A stretch of DNA of 63,485 nucleotides, filler included, from Kipferlia bialata (taxonomy: Eukaryota): the NCBI GenBank assembly GCA_003568945.1. It is 7 parts of 7 records of this genome, joined end to end, with 100 filler letters (N's around TTAATTAATTAA, not from the genome) between each part and the next. Parts side by side here need not be neighbours in the genome. Positions count along the whole stretch, not along the records: positions 25,232 to 32,304 come from BDIP01001076.1; positions 32,405 to 44,898 come from BDIP01001077.1; 5 more parts are not named here. One strand, written 5' to 3'. This document shows, in pieces, positions 25,933 to 38,246 of this stretch. The position numbers were made by a program, and so were the translations under genes. A model generated the notes under the pieces. That model was not told where the DNA came from, ran no database searches, and saw nothing but the letters and a program-made list of their open reading frames with translations. The stretch's first letter is position 1; each line of letters starts with the position of its first letter.

Positions 25933-26649
25933 ATGGACAGTGCTGGTGATGATGCCCCCCTCTTCGGAGGGCAGGGTGCTACTGGCGGGTATGACTCCGC
26001 TGTGACGTCCCTTGACGACCTGATGGCTGCTGTGGGAGGCGTTGTGAGTGAGGATGTGGCCAGACAGTCAGACAAGGTGGCAGAGACCATCCAGGCACCT
26101 AGGCCGGTGGTGTCCGGACCAGCAGCTCGCAGGGCACGCCAGGCAGCCACCAGGGAGAAGGCCGACCGTGATGTGTCCCGGTGGGCAGGATACGTGCACA
26201 CCAATGATATGAAGGTAGATTGGGTTACTATACGCACCATCTCAGTGGAGTGGTTGTCTCATACCGGTAGTTGCACGATTTGGGTCTGTGGTATGGTATA
26301 TTAGCGTATAGCACGGTATATCTCTGTTACGTCTGGTGTTGCAGTATCACTTATGTATCCATACCTCATACGCCCACCCTCAGAAGAACCACGTCTATGG
26401 AGACTCCACCGCCAAAGCAGGACACAGCCTTGCATTCGCTACACAGATGAGGTGGGTATGACGTGCGCGCGTGGATATATATATACATAGACGTTGTGTG
26501 ACTCAGGTGCTGTCTATCGTATCTCTCCATCCTGACTCTGTCTGACCCCTAGGACAGAGACATCCCTGCAGTCTGAGATCGCAGCTGTGCTGGCAGGGGC
26601 TGGCCTTGTCCAGAACGGGAGGCCCCAGCTCACAGAGGAGGAGTCCAAG
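25933..26649 (+). CDS. UTP14: U3 snoRNA-associated protein 14 (UTP14)-like, first three exons (3' truncated)
   Basis: TIQAPRPVVSGPAARRARQAATREKADRDVSRWAGYVHTN / ...TSLQSEIAAVLAGAGLVQNGRPQLTEEESK| resembles the UTP14 N-terminal block. I could not find the expected downstream KIKSK exon. Confidence 0.65.
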
Positions 26650-26992
26650 GTGGGTGTCACTGGGTTGGTTGTTGTTATAAGCAGTGTCATCACATTGTTA
26701 TTCGATCCGGTCTCTCTCTCTGCCACATCTTTATATATATGACATTGGCCCATGTACCCCCCCCCCCCCCCCCCCCCACCCCCCCAACTCTCACTCGGTA
26801 AACAATATACACATACTAGTGGATCCACATATATATTGAGTGGACCAGCCTTGGTAATACAGATTTACCCCAACGTGTATAATATCAGACAACGATAAAT
26901 GTGCATACGTACTCACATACACTTATATACACAGGGGGAGATGGAAAGAGTACAGAAAATACCCAAATACAAGAGAGATACAAGTGACCCAC

Positions 26993-27507
26993 CTTTCTAG
27001 AAGTGTCATTCACATTAGGTTGGGCATTCTCACTGGGGTCAGGAATGAGCAAGGGTATGGGAGGGTGGAAGATGGTATATATCAGACCCACCAGAGACCG
27101 TGACACACTCAAATACAGTAGAACACATGTATACGTATGGATCCATGCTCATCTGCACACCATACCACACATACGACACAGACTGAAGATCGTGTATCAC
27201 TCCACACACTTGTTCTGACTACGTATACATATAGCACTCCATACATGAAGGGGTTAGAACACACCTGGGTCTCTTTGAATTGGTCTTATGCTTCATCTGG
27301 TTCTTGTTACTGAATGTCAGACACAGAGCGACGATATGTAATATAAACACCACATACTAACACTGATATACTCTGCTCTCAGCAATACACGACCCGTATA
27401 TAATGGTACTCATGTATGTATACACTGCCAGAGTGACCATACCGAATACCGGCACGGTTTCCCGCACGCTTGCTGAGGTGTCTTGATGTCTTGTTCATTG
27501 TAGGCAT
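26993..27507 (-). CDS. First exons of a basic hypothetical protein (3' truncated)
   Basis: MPTMNKTSRHLSKRAGNRAGIR|NKNQMKHKTNSKRP|SENAQPNVNDTSRK| joined by in-phase GT-AG introns. Confidence 0.5.
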
Positions 27508-28296
27508 TGGAAGAGAGACTGCACGAGCCACACATGGACAGCCAGAGTGGTTCAACCCTTTAACGCGAAACACAAACACACTTCACTCAGTGACACAATG
27601 AGGCGAGGTCAGGCTAGGGGCACATCACCCCGATACTTGCGTATCTGGCAAGAATATCAGCCGGCCGGAGCATCACCGTCATTAGGGCACTTGCGGGAGA
27701 ATCCGGAACAGAGAGGAGCCGCGGATCCCATTTCTGCTTCAATTTCGGCCAACGAAGCCACAAGCAAAGGGCGGCCGCAATTCTCTCAGAATGTGTACTA
27801 CAAGGTTGTCCAAGTATGCGGGGGTTATCGTTCACTTCAAATGTCCCCCTTAAAGGCCTTCTTGCATTCCTTGCTCTTGATGGTCCTTAAGAGAGAGGAG
27901 GAAACGATTTTGAAGATGTGACCCTCACTTCACCAACCTTTCTGCCAAATAGACAACAATTTGTGTGACTAACAATCACTGTCACACAATACAGTCACAC
28001 AATCGTCACTCAAATGCGTTTGTCTGGGACACCGGAGAGAGCAGAGGCTTTGTGTATATGGTGGATCTCGCCTTTGAATCCAAGATAAGAAGAAAGAGCG
28101 AAAATTCAAGTCATGATGAATCTGACTTATTAATAGAAAGATCAACAGATGACTTGTTTTTCACTCAGAAAGTAGTGTCTATTTGTCCCTCAATGCGTTG
28201 GTTTCTGATGATATGTATGGTATGAACAGACAAATCTCCATCCATCAACGATATCTCAACAGTATTTATAGTAATTAACAATGGTGTCCCGTCACT

Positions 28297-28793
28297 CTAC
28301 CCCCCGATGTGCCTTGTGCATTTGCGTATGTGCTGGCACAGCATGGCCACAGACTCTGCATCCAGGGGGGTGTACCTATGGTGAGTGTACAGCAGACAGT
28401 ATGCAAGATTATATATATATATATAGAGAGAGAGAGAGACATAGACATAGTTATGTAGCATACCTGCATGCATCTGAGAACTGGTCCCAGTAACTGCCGC
28501 ACACACATCTGACATAGGGCAGAAGGGCCACCCTCAGATGCACACCCTCACAGACAGAGGAGGGGGGGAGGGTCCAGCCACCTGAGGAGTTAGTAGATAG
28601 TTCAATGCATAGGCAGCGCATACATGTATAGTATATATATGTGTGTGTAACACCCTCACACACATGGGAGGGGGGGAGGGTCCAACCACCTGAGGAGTTG
28701 GTATACATGCATACATGCATACCTTGTCTCCATATCTGCATTTACCAAGAGACCTTGGCCTCACTCCTTGTCAATATATACGTATATGCTATA

Positions 28794-28829
<36 letters not shown>

Positions 28830-29857
28830 GTATGTATACTATCTCCATATACTGGCACAGTCCTAGTCCCCGTCACTCGTCATCCCAATACATATGTACA
28901 CACTATACACGATATGTATCATACATATACATACATACCTAGTCCCCCCTTAGGTACATCACTTGTCATGCCCAGTGCCCTGGCACAGTATATATCGATA
29001 TATATATATATATATACCATCATATGTATACACTATACATGCAACGGTATATACCTAGTCCCTTCCCATCACATGTCATACCCAGTGCCCTGGCACAGTA
29101 TGTCTGGACCTGCTCGTGGAAGGACAGCAGCTCGGTCTGATAGTAAGCATCACACATCTATGTATATAACACATGTATAAACTAGTAAACTGTAATACAC
29201 GAGTCTGAAGGACAGCAGCTCGGTCTGGGGTCGAGAACACTCTCTGTCTCTATACTAATCTATCTATATATATATACACTATTTTACATTATATCATTAT
29301 ACTCCTTTGCCATGTGTATATATGCACTCATACATACATTCATGTATATCAGTAGGTATACATGATACACGTACCCTCGTCTCCTGTGCCATGTGTATGT
29401 ATGCACTCTGGGGGTTCTTGTCCAGAACACACCGGTACAGCACACTGAGGTGAGGGGAGAGGGGGGGGGGGGGTCCGTTGGGGTAGATGAACTACTGTAA
29501 TACATATAGATACATTGATACAAAATACGTGATACACTGGTTAAGTAATGACTCGATTATCCACCTAGCCACATTTGACAACCCTGTCAATGCCCCCCTG
29601 AGTGCCCATGGGTGTACTCTGCCTGTCCTGACACACACACTGGACAGGGTGGACACTAGGGTGGAGATCCTGGGGTTGGTATATATATATATATATATTG
29701 AGAGAGAGAGAGAGAGAGATAGAGAGAGAGACTGGACAGGGTGGACACTAGGGTCGAGATCCTAAGGTTGGTACCTATATATATATTGAGAGAGAGAGAG
29801 AGAGAGAGACAGACTGGACAGGGTGGACACTAGGGTGGAGATTCTAGGATAAGTATG

Positions 29858-29889
<32 letters not shown>

Positions 29890-32199
29890 TAGAAGTGACA
29901 CACAGGCTGGACAGAGTGCATACTCTGGTGGATTTCCTATTGTTAGTATATGTGTAGATACAGTGTCCAGCTTTGAATCAGTAAGGAATGGAGACGGTCA
30001 ATGCGACCACTACACCAACAGTTGGTAATTGCATAAAGGTGCCTCGAAGTATCCACCCGGACACCTAAAAGAATGCATAGCTATACACTACCCTATGTAC
30101 CTGAGTCCAAATGGCCCCTGTGCCACTGACCCCGACATAGAGGGGGCCTGGGGGTGAGGAAGACGACGTATATATACACATACATAGTAGCCACCATATG
30201 CATCTTCAATTCAATACTACGGATATTGAACACACATCCCCACCTGCCCCAGTGGACTGAGTGCCTTAGGCCATTTACTACCACATAAGTATATATATAT
30301 ATATATTTGTATATATACACCCATACCTGCCCCAGTGGACTGAGTGCCTTGGCCTGGAGGGCGGACAGGTGCTGCAGGGTCTGGGGTGGATGTTACACAG
30401 ATATACAGTAAAGAATACACACACACAAGTATATGCATATAGACACTATATACATATATATATCCATACCTCTGCACTCTCTGTGTGGAACAGGTATGCC
30501 AGTATCTCTCCACAAGTAGTACAGGCAGTGCACAGGATCTGAGGAGGGTGAGTGTTTGTGGTGCTATTGACACTATGTACACTGTACATTGCGAATACCA
30601 ATACATACCTCTGGGTCCTCGACTGCATCCACTGTCTCGACCAGTACATATACATATCTGATACACAAACATACATATCACTATATATATATATAGTACA
30701 GTACTCATATACCTCAGGGTCCTCGACTGCATCCACAGTCTGGGCCAGTATACGCACAACTGGAGGTGAGGCATGGGAGGGGGGTTGCACACAGATAGAG
30801 AAAACCCGTTCCCACATTGATATATGAACGCAGTATCAGTATCAGTAGTGTACCCTTTCTATACTCTCTGAAGATATGGAGGTCTATCTACAGCAGTATA
30901 TCACTCCACTCTATTATGAATAGTACTATACTCACACTCCCATACCTGCATCAATGAGAGCCGGGGCACTCCACTTCTCTGTGTCCTCATCCCCATGGAG
31001 GGACAGGGCCAGTCTACAGTGAGAGGGCAAATACATAGAGACTCTATGTGATAGAGAAGTAGTATATATAGTATAGAATAGTATATATACTGATACTGAG
31101 TCCTCATCCCCATGCAGAGACAGGGCTAGCCTGGGGTTAGCGGTATTTTCACTTCTATATATGTGTATGAATAGTATGTACAGGACCAAACCCGGCAGTC
31201 ACCACGCAGATACAGGGCCAGTCTACAGCGAGTCAGAGGGGAAGGTATACATACATAGGAGTGTACAGACATCAGTCACCAGCAAGAAGGCACAACTCAA
31301 GGCTATGACAGTATATCGCCAGTGGTTACACTACACTATATCCCCATACCTCTTTCTGAGCTGTATGTGTGACACCAGTGACCTAAGGACACATACACTG
31401 GGGGTAGGAGGAGAAGGGGGGGGGGTAGGAGGGTTGATACAGAGGACTGGCTACATTCCCAAACATGGTCAATGTACTCTCTTGAGACTCCTACACGTAC
31501 AAATCCGAGTGGTCCACCGACCCTTGCTGGTCAGTCCAGTGCGACCTGGGGGTGAGGTACGTACACGGGTGTGTATGTATATGTGTGTGTGTTTGGATGT
31601 ATATGAGATATATGAGATACTCCCTGGGTCTGTCCAGTGCGACCTGGGGGTGAAAAGAGAACATACAGATGTATGTATGTATGCATATGAGATACTCAAC
31701 AGTCTGTCGACTGTGCATAACGTCTAGATGTACCTCAGCGTTGTATCCCGCAACGGCAGGTATAAGTGAATTTATATGTATAATGATATGTATTATATGA
31801 TATGTATCAAACATTGTATGAGTGTATAGTGTGTCATCGATACCTGAGCACTGCGTCCTGCAATACATCAATATATAGATATAAAAATACATAATACACA
31901 CACATATATATACATATATATATATATATAATACATACACACCTCAGCACTGCGTCCTGCAATGCATCACACGAGACAAGCAGGGCATTGGCCTTGCCTG
32001 GCAGTTAGTGAATGTATACTCAGAATACATACTATGACTGTCATTAAAAGGATGGTGGGTGATAGGACAACAGGAGTGCGTTGCCTGTGGCAAGATGTGT
32101 GTGTATGTATATACTGGATACCCACTCACCAAACCGCACTGCCTGCTCTGTGGGCACTAGGTTGGAGGAGGGGGACTCAACAGGGGACAGGGCACGGGC
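28297..32199 (-). CDS. Multi-exon helical protein, weakly Exo70/CATCHR-like C-terminus (5' partial)
   Basis: Spliced ...ISTLVSTLSSVCVRTGRVHPWALRGALTGLSNVASVLYRCVLDK...TELLSFHEQVQTYCAR...GGWTLPPSSVCEGVHLRVALLPYVRCVCGSYWDQFSDACRYTPLDAESVAMLCQHIRKCTRHIGG-TAG. The gene is well supported; the Exo70 resemblance is a by-eye guess. Confidence 0.6.
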
Positions 32200-32237
32200 C
32201 TGGAATAGGATAGGAGGGAGTTCATATATATAAATAA

Positions 32238-32281
<44 letters not shown>

Positions 32282-32304
32282 TGAGAAAGGGTGACTCAAC
32301 AGGA

Positions 32305-32404
32305 NNNNNNNNNNNNNNNNNNNNNNNNNNNNNNNNNNNNNNNNNNNNTTAATTAATTAANNNNNNNNNNNNNNNNNNNNNNNNNNNNNNNNNNNNNNNN
32401 NNNN
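32305..32404. other. Artificial contig spacer
   Basis: N run + TTAATTAATTAA + N run. Confidence 0.99.
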
Positions 32405-32651
32405 CTCTCTCTCTATGATCTCTCTATATATATGATATGTATGATATATATATACCTATGTATCCAAGAAGGTACAGTGCTATGCATCACCTCTCTCTCA
32501 CACACTTCCTCTCTCACCCCCTCTTCCTCTTACCCCTAGGTCCAGAAGGCCATCTGGGTATCTCTCTCTCTCTCTCTATGTCTCTCTCTCTCTCTATACA
32601 CATATATAGATATCACCGGATATTACATCTGACCCCCCCCCTCACCCCTAG

Positions 32652-35600
32652 GTCCAGAAGGCCATCTGGGCACTGGACGATGACCAGATGTACGAGGTGT
32701 GTATATAGTATACATAGTAATTGCTTCACTATATATATAGGGAGAGAGAGAGAGGTGCCAGATGTACGAGGTAGGAGATATAGTCATATTGTAGTTTATG
32801 TAGTAGTAGTATCATTATGTATATATAGAAGTGATAGTTGTATGGGTACTGGACGATGACCACATGTATATGGTAGATAGGTGTATATGTATGCATAGAT
32901 ATAGTAGCAAGTTAAGGGTGATACACGGACACACTGGCATATGCACTGGATGCGTCCTCCAAAACCCAACCATATTCTTCCGTTTGCGGCCTCTGGGTTC
33001 TCTATCTGGTTTCCCTTACTCCTTTTCTGTCCTATGATCGCAGAGGCTTCACACTAGTACTGTGTGAATACTCTCTATTAGCCACTCTTATCCTTAGGGC
33101 AAGAAGACTCTGTCTCGGGATTACATCCCCGGAATCTATTGTTCTCCTTAATTAATCATTATCATCTCTTACAACCTTAGCCTTAGGGCATCCTATGTCA
33201 TCCTATCATTCTTTATCATCTAGTTGTAGCGACCTTAAGATAAGGCTTAACCTTAGGGCAAGAAGACCCTGCGTGGCATTGTGGCCAGCCAGGCCATTGC
33301 AAGACATGAGGTGGGACTGTATAGATAACATATATCCCAATATGTATGTTTACTGTCAGGTAAACCAAAGGCATTATTCGTGATGTATTCTATTTCTGGT
33401 GCACTCTCTGTGTACTTCAACCCGAGTGTTCGTCTGATGTGATGGAGTATCCATGACCTGGCGAATACATCTGACCCCAGGGCCTGTGTCTGTACACCCA
33501 CCTCCCCTACCTCACCCACTCCTGTGTACCAGCAGTTAAGGTAAAGGCTATACAGACACATACGTATATATACATATATGTTATATATATATATATACTC
33601 ACATCCCATACCTCACCCACTCCTGTGTACCAGCAATTATGGTATGGGCATATACATTCACATGTATATACCTATATACACACAGACATATATATATAGG
33701 GTATGGACACATAGACTCGCATGCCTCTCTGCATATACTCTTCTACTCCCCGCAGTCAAGGTATGGGTCCTGTTTATGTACTGTGTTGTGGAACAGGCAT
33801 CTCTCTGTCTCTCTCTGTGTATCTTTCTTTATATAATGACCTACTTACTAACTCCAGTCACTCTGGAACATTGGTGAAGGCCTACCCAGTGAGAGGAGGA
33901 GTGGCAAGAACGCACCGACATCCAGAGTGACAGCTGCCAGAGACGTCAAGGTATGTATATATATACATATATATACGTATATGTATATATACACACGTGC
34001 AAAGATGTATGTAGTGTATTTGTTGGTAGGATCACTGTCTATCTTTGTGTATATACATGCAGAGTGGCAGCTGCCAGAGACGTCAAGGTATACATATATA
34101 TATATACATAAATATGTATGTGTATATACCTTAGTACACGAGTGTTGTTCACACCCAGGCCGGTGAGCCCCTGACCAGGACATACCTGATAGGGGCACCC
34201 TCCATGACAAGGGCAGAGAGGTATATATATATATATATATAGTATAGACAGAGCATAGGTATATAGTTCTATAGATATATAGTTATTGTGGAGATTGGTA
34301 TGTCTTGTCTATATACCTGATAGGGGCACCCTCCATGACAAGGGCAGAGAGGTATATGGTTTACATACCCTTAACACATCGACACACATATGTGTATACT
34401 CTGCGCATATATATATCAATATATATCTATATATATCCATATATATATATCTGACCCCATAGTACCGAGTACCTGTACCGACCCATATTTATATATATAT
34501 ATATTTATATCTATCTGTCTATCTGTATGTATCTAACCCTATAGGACCGAGTACCTGTGGGAACACTACGAGTTCAAGTGCAACTGTGAGGTATGTGTAC
34601 GGCAATTATACATATATATATACATATATATATGTATACCCTATTCCAGTGCAACTGGGAGGTGTGGTCAGCATTTAGTATTAGCCTCTTACAGGCGCTC
34701 TCAAATACATGTTACATTATTTGTTACATTATATGTAATGTGTAATCTTATGTGATGATTAATATGCTACTGTTGGTATGGTGTTACCCTAAATGATACA
34801 AATTGTCACTGTGTAACCGTAGGTGTGCTCCCTAGAGGGTGATGCCCTGGTCCAGAGTGACATGAACAGGATGAGGCTCAGGGTGCTGAGGGAGGAGCTG
34901 AGGGTGAGACGATATACCATATTTGTACACTATGTATTCTTATACAGTGTATAATATACTGCTGAGGGAGGAGCTGAGGGTGAGATGATACACTATATCA
35001 TTATACATCATTCATAGATAGACCATGCGAGTGAGGAACTGAGGGTGAGATGATACACTCTATATATACACTCTGTATTCACACTCAATTTACCCGTGTA
35101 CCCTGTCAGAGACTAGCTACGGGTGAGATTGTATACTATTACTATTCTACCTGTTATGCCGTATACTCACGCTATCAGGACATAGCCTCAGAGAGGATAC
35201 TATATTATATTAGTCTCTGTCACACCATATATACATATATATATACTAAATATATATCACTCACTATGTACTATATATATATATACATATATATATACAC
35301 TCACTGTCAGGACATAGCCTCAGAGAGGCCAGGGCCTCCAGAGTGCCTATCACTGGCACTGGAGGTATGACTATTGGATCTTATACACTTATTATCAGTG
35401 CCTCGTATGTATCTTCAGATATGTGTATATCTATCTATCTGTCTATATCTATCTATACATATACTGACCTCAGGCCATTGGCATCTGTGTCACAGAGTAC
35501 AGGGCAGACCCAGCATACATGATCAGGTGGATAGAAGCGATGAATACATATATGTGTAAATGCATCAGTTGCTACACTACTGTCGTGGATGGGACTCATT

Positions 35601-37744
35601 GTATCCCATCTTCTTTCTATTATGTGTGCAATATATACTGGCCAACCCCAGAGCCTTTTGCATGTGTATGTGACTATGCATGGACACAACTCTTATTCCC
35701 ATCCATATCTCCCATATTGTCTCTCTGTGTACGAATACCAACCCCAGGGCCTTTTCCTCTGATGCTTCTCTCCCTCTGCCTATATATTTGTATGTAGATC
35801 AAAAGTGTGTTGACACGTACTAGCAAAGTGTAGTCTAGTATGTTAACACCAGAGCCTTCTCGTCTGGCTTCGAGGCTGCCTGCGTGGTTGGGGACGGGGA
35901 GTTGGCCAGAAAGATGATGTACAACATACTGGCCTCGCAGGTACATATCACTAGAGTCATATATATATTATAGGATAGTTTTTAGTGGCATAATATATGT
36001 GGTATGTACAGGAAGATGATGTACAACATACTGGCGTCACAGGTACCCAGCAACACAGTTATGTAACATTGTATTACAAATGAAATGTATTCAGAATGAT
36101 ACTGTACAACTATATGTATCCACACTATAACAATGGTAGTTGACCAGGAAAGTGATGTACAATATGCTGACATCACAGGTTTATATACACTGTATCCAGT
36201 TATAAGATACCATAATCTACATGTTTTTGTATGGAAGTCTATAGTCTCCTGACCCCTAGATGCACACCGAGGGAGGTGGACTGCCACAGCACAAGACGAT
36301 GAAGGACTGGTGCATAAACCCAAGGTAATGTCGCAGTATAATTAGATAACTATATATATACTAATATATATACGAATTCATATATATACATCAATACTTC
36401 GATATATATGCGAGGCCCATGGACTCCCTGGTTTTTGAACGCAAGGTCAGTGTGGTGACTATATAGCGACAAATACCAAGGTAGTGTCTTTTGGTCTATG
36501 CCTTGTCTCACCCCAGCATCCACCCATCCACCCATGTTGCATCCTGTCCCATGAATATGTATGTATATATATATACTATACGTATATATATGTTCAGTTC
36601 CCTGCCTCACCCCCAGCATCCACCCTGTGGCCAGGGCGTTCGGAGTGGTGGTGGAGGCCAAGGTACTATATAATATATGCTATATATACTATATGCTATA
36701 TACTATATAATATATACTATACTGTATCTACTGCACTGTATTTCTGTGGTGGTGGAGGCCAAGGTACACAGTATATATTATATATTATACAATATACAAT
36801 ATGCTATATACAATATACGATATAATATATACTATACTGTATGTACTGCACTGTATGTCTGTGGTGGTGGAGGCCAAGGTACTATATACAATAGACTATA
36901 TACTATGTAGTATATAGTATATAGTATATAGTATATATAGTATATATAGTGTATACATAATATATAATTGGTGGAGGCCAAGGTGCAGTGTATTAGCTCT
37001 CCAAGAACTAATCTTCTATTTGATACTGGCAGACTGCCATTTCTTCTCGGTACTGCTTGCCATGTCCATAGAATCACTTTCATCCTTGTACTTATCCCCA
37101 TCCCCTGCTGCCTGTTATGGCCATCAGTGCGTGATAGTAATAATATGGAGATACTCTGTACATATATACCACTGTCTATATATCAAGTTCTCGTACCTCT
37201 GATAACCCCTAGCCCCTGCTGCCCGTCATGGCCTCTGTGCGTGATGGTGAGTGGGCATCGGTGGCCGAGGAGGTGGGACTTCCCATCATTTGGGGGGACA
37301 GGTACGAAGTAGATACTTATATAGAGCTAGAGTTAGAGCTATATTGCACACAATGGATTGTCTCGAAGAGGTACAGATCACTTAGAGTATTCCTTTAACT
37401 AGGTTTTTTACGTCTTTGTTGGGAATCTACGCTATATTTTTATACTGATCCGCAGGAGTGTTCTCAAGGAGCACGAGAGGGACAGGAGGGAGAGAGTGAG
37501 GCTGGAGGAAGAGGCCAGGAAGGCAGAGGCAGCAGCCAAGAACAAGGTGCCATAGTCACATTACATTCAATACTTTTATCGTATAAGTACTATGTATGTA
37601 TATAGCGTATACCTTAGTGGAAGATGGAACGTATGTAGAGGCTATTGTATTTCATTTACACCCTAGGAGAAGATGCTGGAAAAGAGGCGGAGGAAGCTGC
37701 AGAAGAGGAAGAACAACGCCAAGAGGAGGACAGCCAAGCAGTGA
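32652..37744 (+). CDS. SET-domain protein, SMYD/SET5-like, with post-SET cysteines and a basic coiled C-terminus (5' partial)
   Basis: GLCLYTHLPYLTHSCVPAVK / RVTAARDVK|AGEPLTRTYLIGAPSMTRAER|TEYLWEHYEFKCNCE|VCSLEGDALVQSDMNRMRL matches NHSC.PN, A.RDI..GEELT.SY and F.C.C..C. Ends KRRTAKQ-TGA at 37742-37744. Confidence 0.85.
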
Positions 37745-38246
37745 CGGTTTTGCTGCTACTTGTCTAAGTCTTCAGGATGAATACTACTAGGCCTAGTCCT
37801 AGTATGCTTCTGTGTGCTAAAGTCCGTATTTGTAAATATCGCGTGTTTCACCTGCATCTGTCGTTTCCAGCATACATTGTCGTGAAACACAATCATACGA
37901 CTTTGCAGCACTTTCGAGAACACAGAGGTAGTCCCATTGATGTGGTATTGGAATCTATTGCTTCGAGGAGCACCCACACTGTTTAGATTTAGATACTGTC
38001 TGGCATAATAGCGGCTTCACTGCTTGTCACACATACTCTCACTTGTCACACAAACTCTGACACGGACTGTGTCCTCTGAATAACCTTGATCTCTCCCTCC
38101 ACGACGGGACTGTTAAGACCCTATTGTAAGAATGTGGAGAAAGAGAAACACTGCATGCTCACACGGCACCAATGGGTCTTACATAGAAGTAAAGACACAT
38201 CCATACCTAGAATCCGACTCTCCCTAAAATGCAACTGGTTACAGAG

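Noticed and set aside
27547..28225. ORFs of 124 and 86 aa in a microsatellite-poor stretch as a possible mobile element
   Set aside because: No transposase, RT or terminal-repeat features seen; probably intergenic or promoter sequence.
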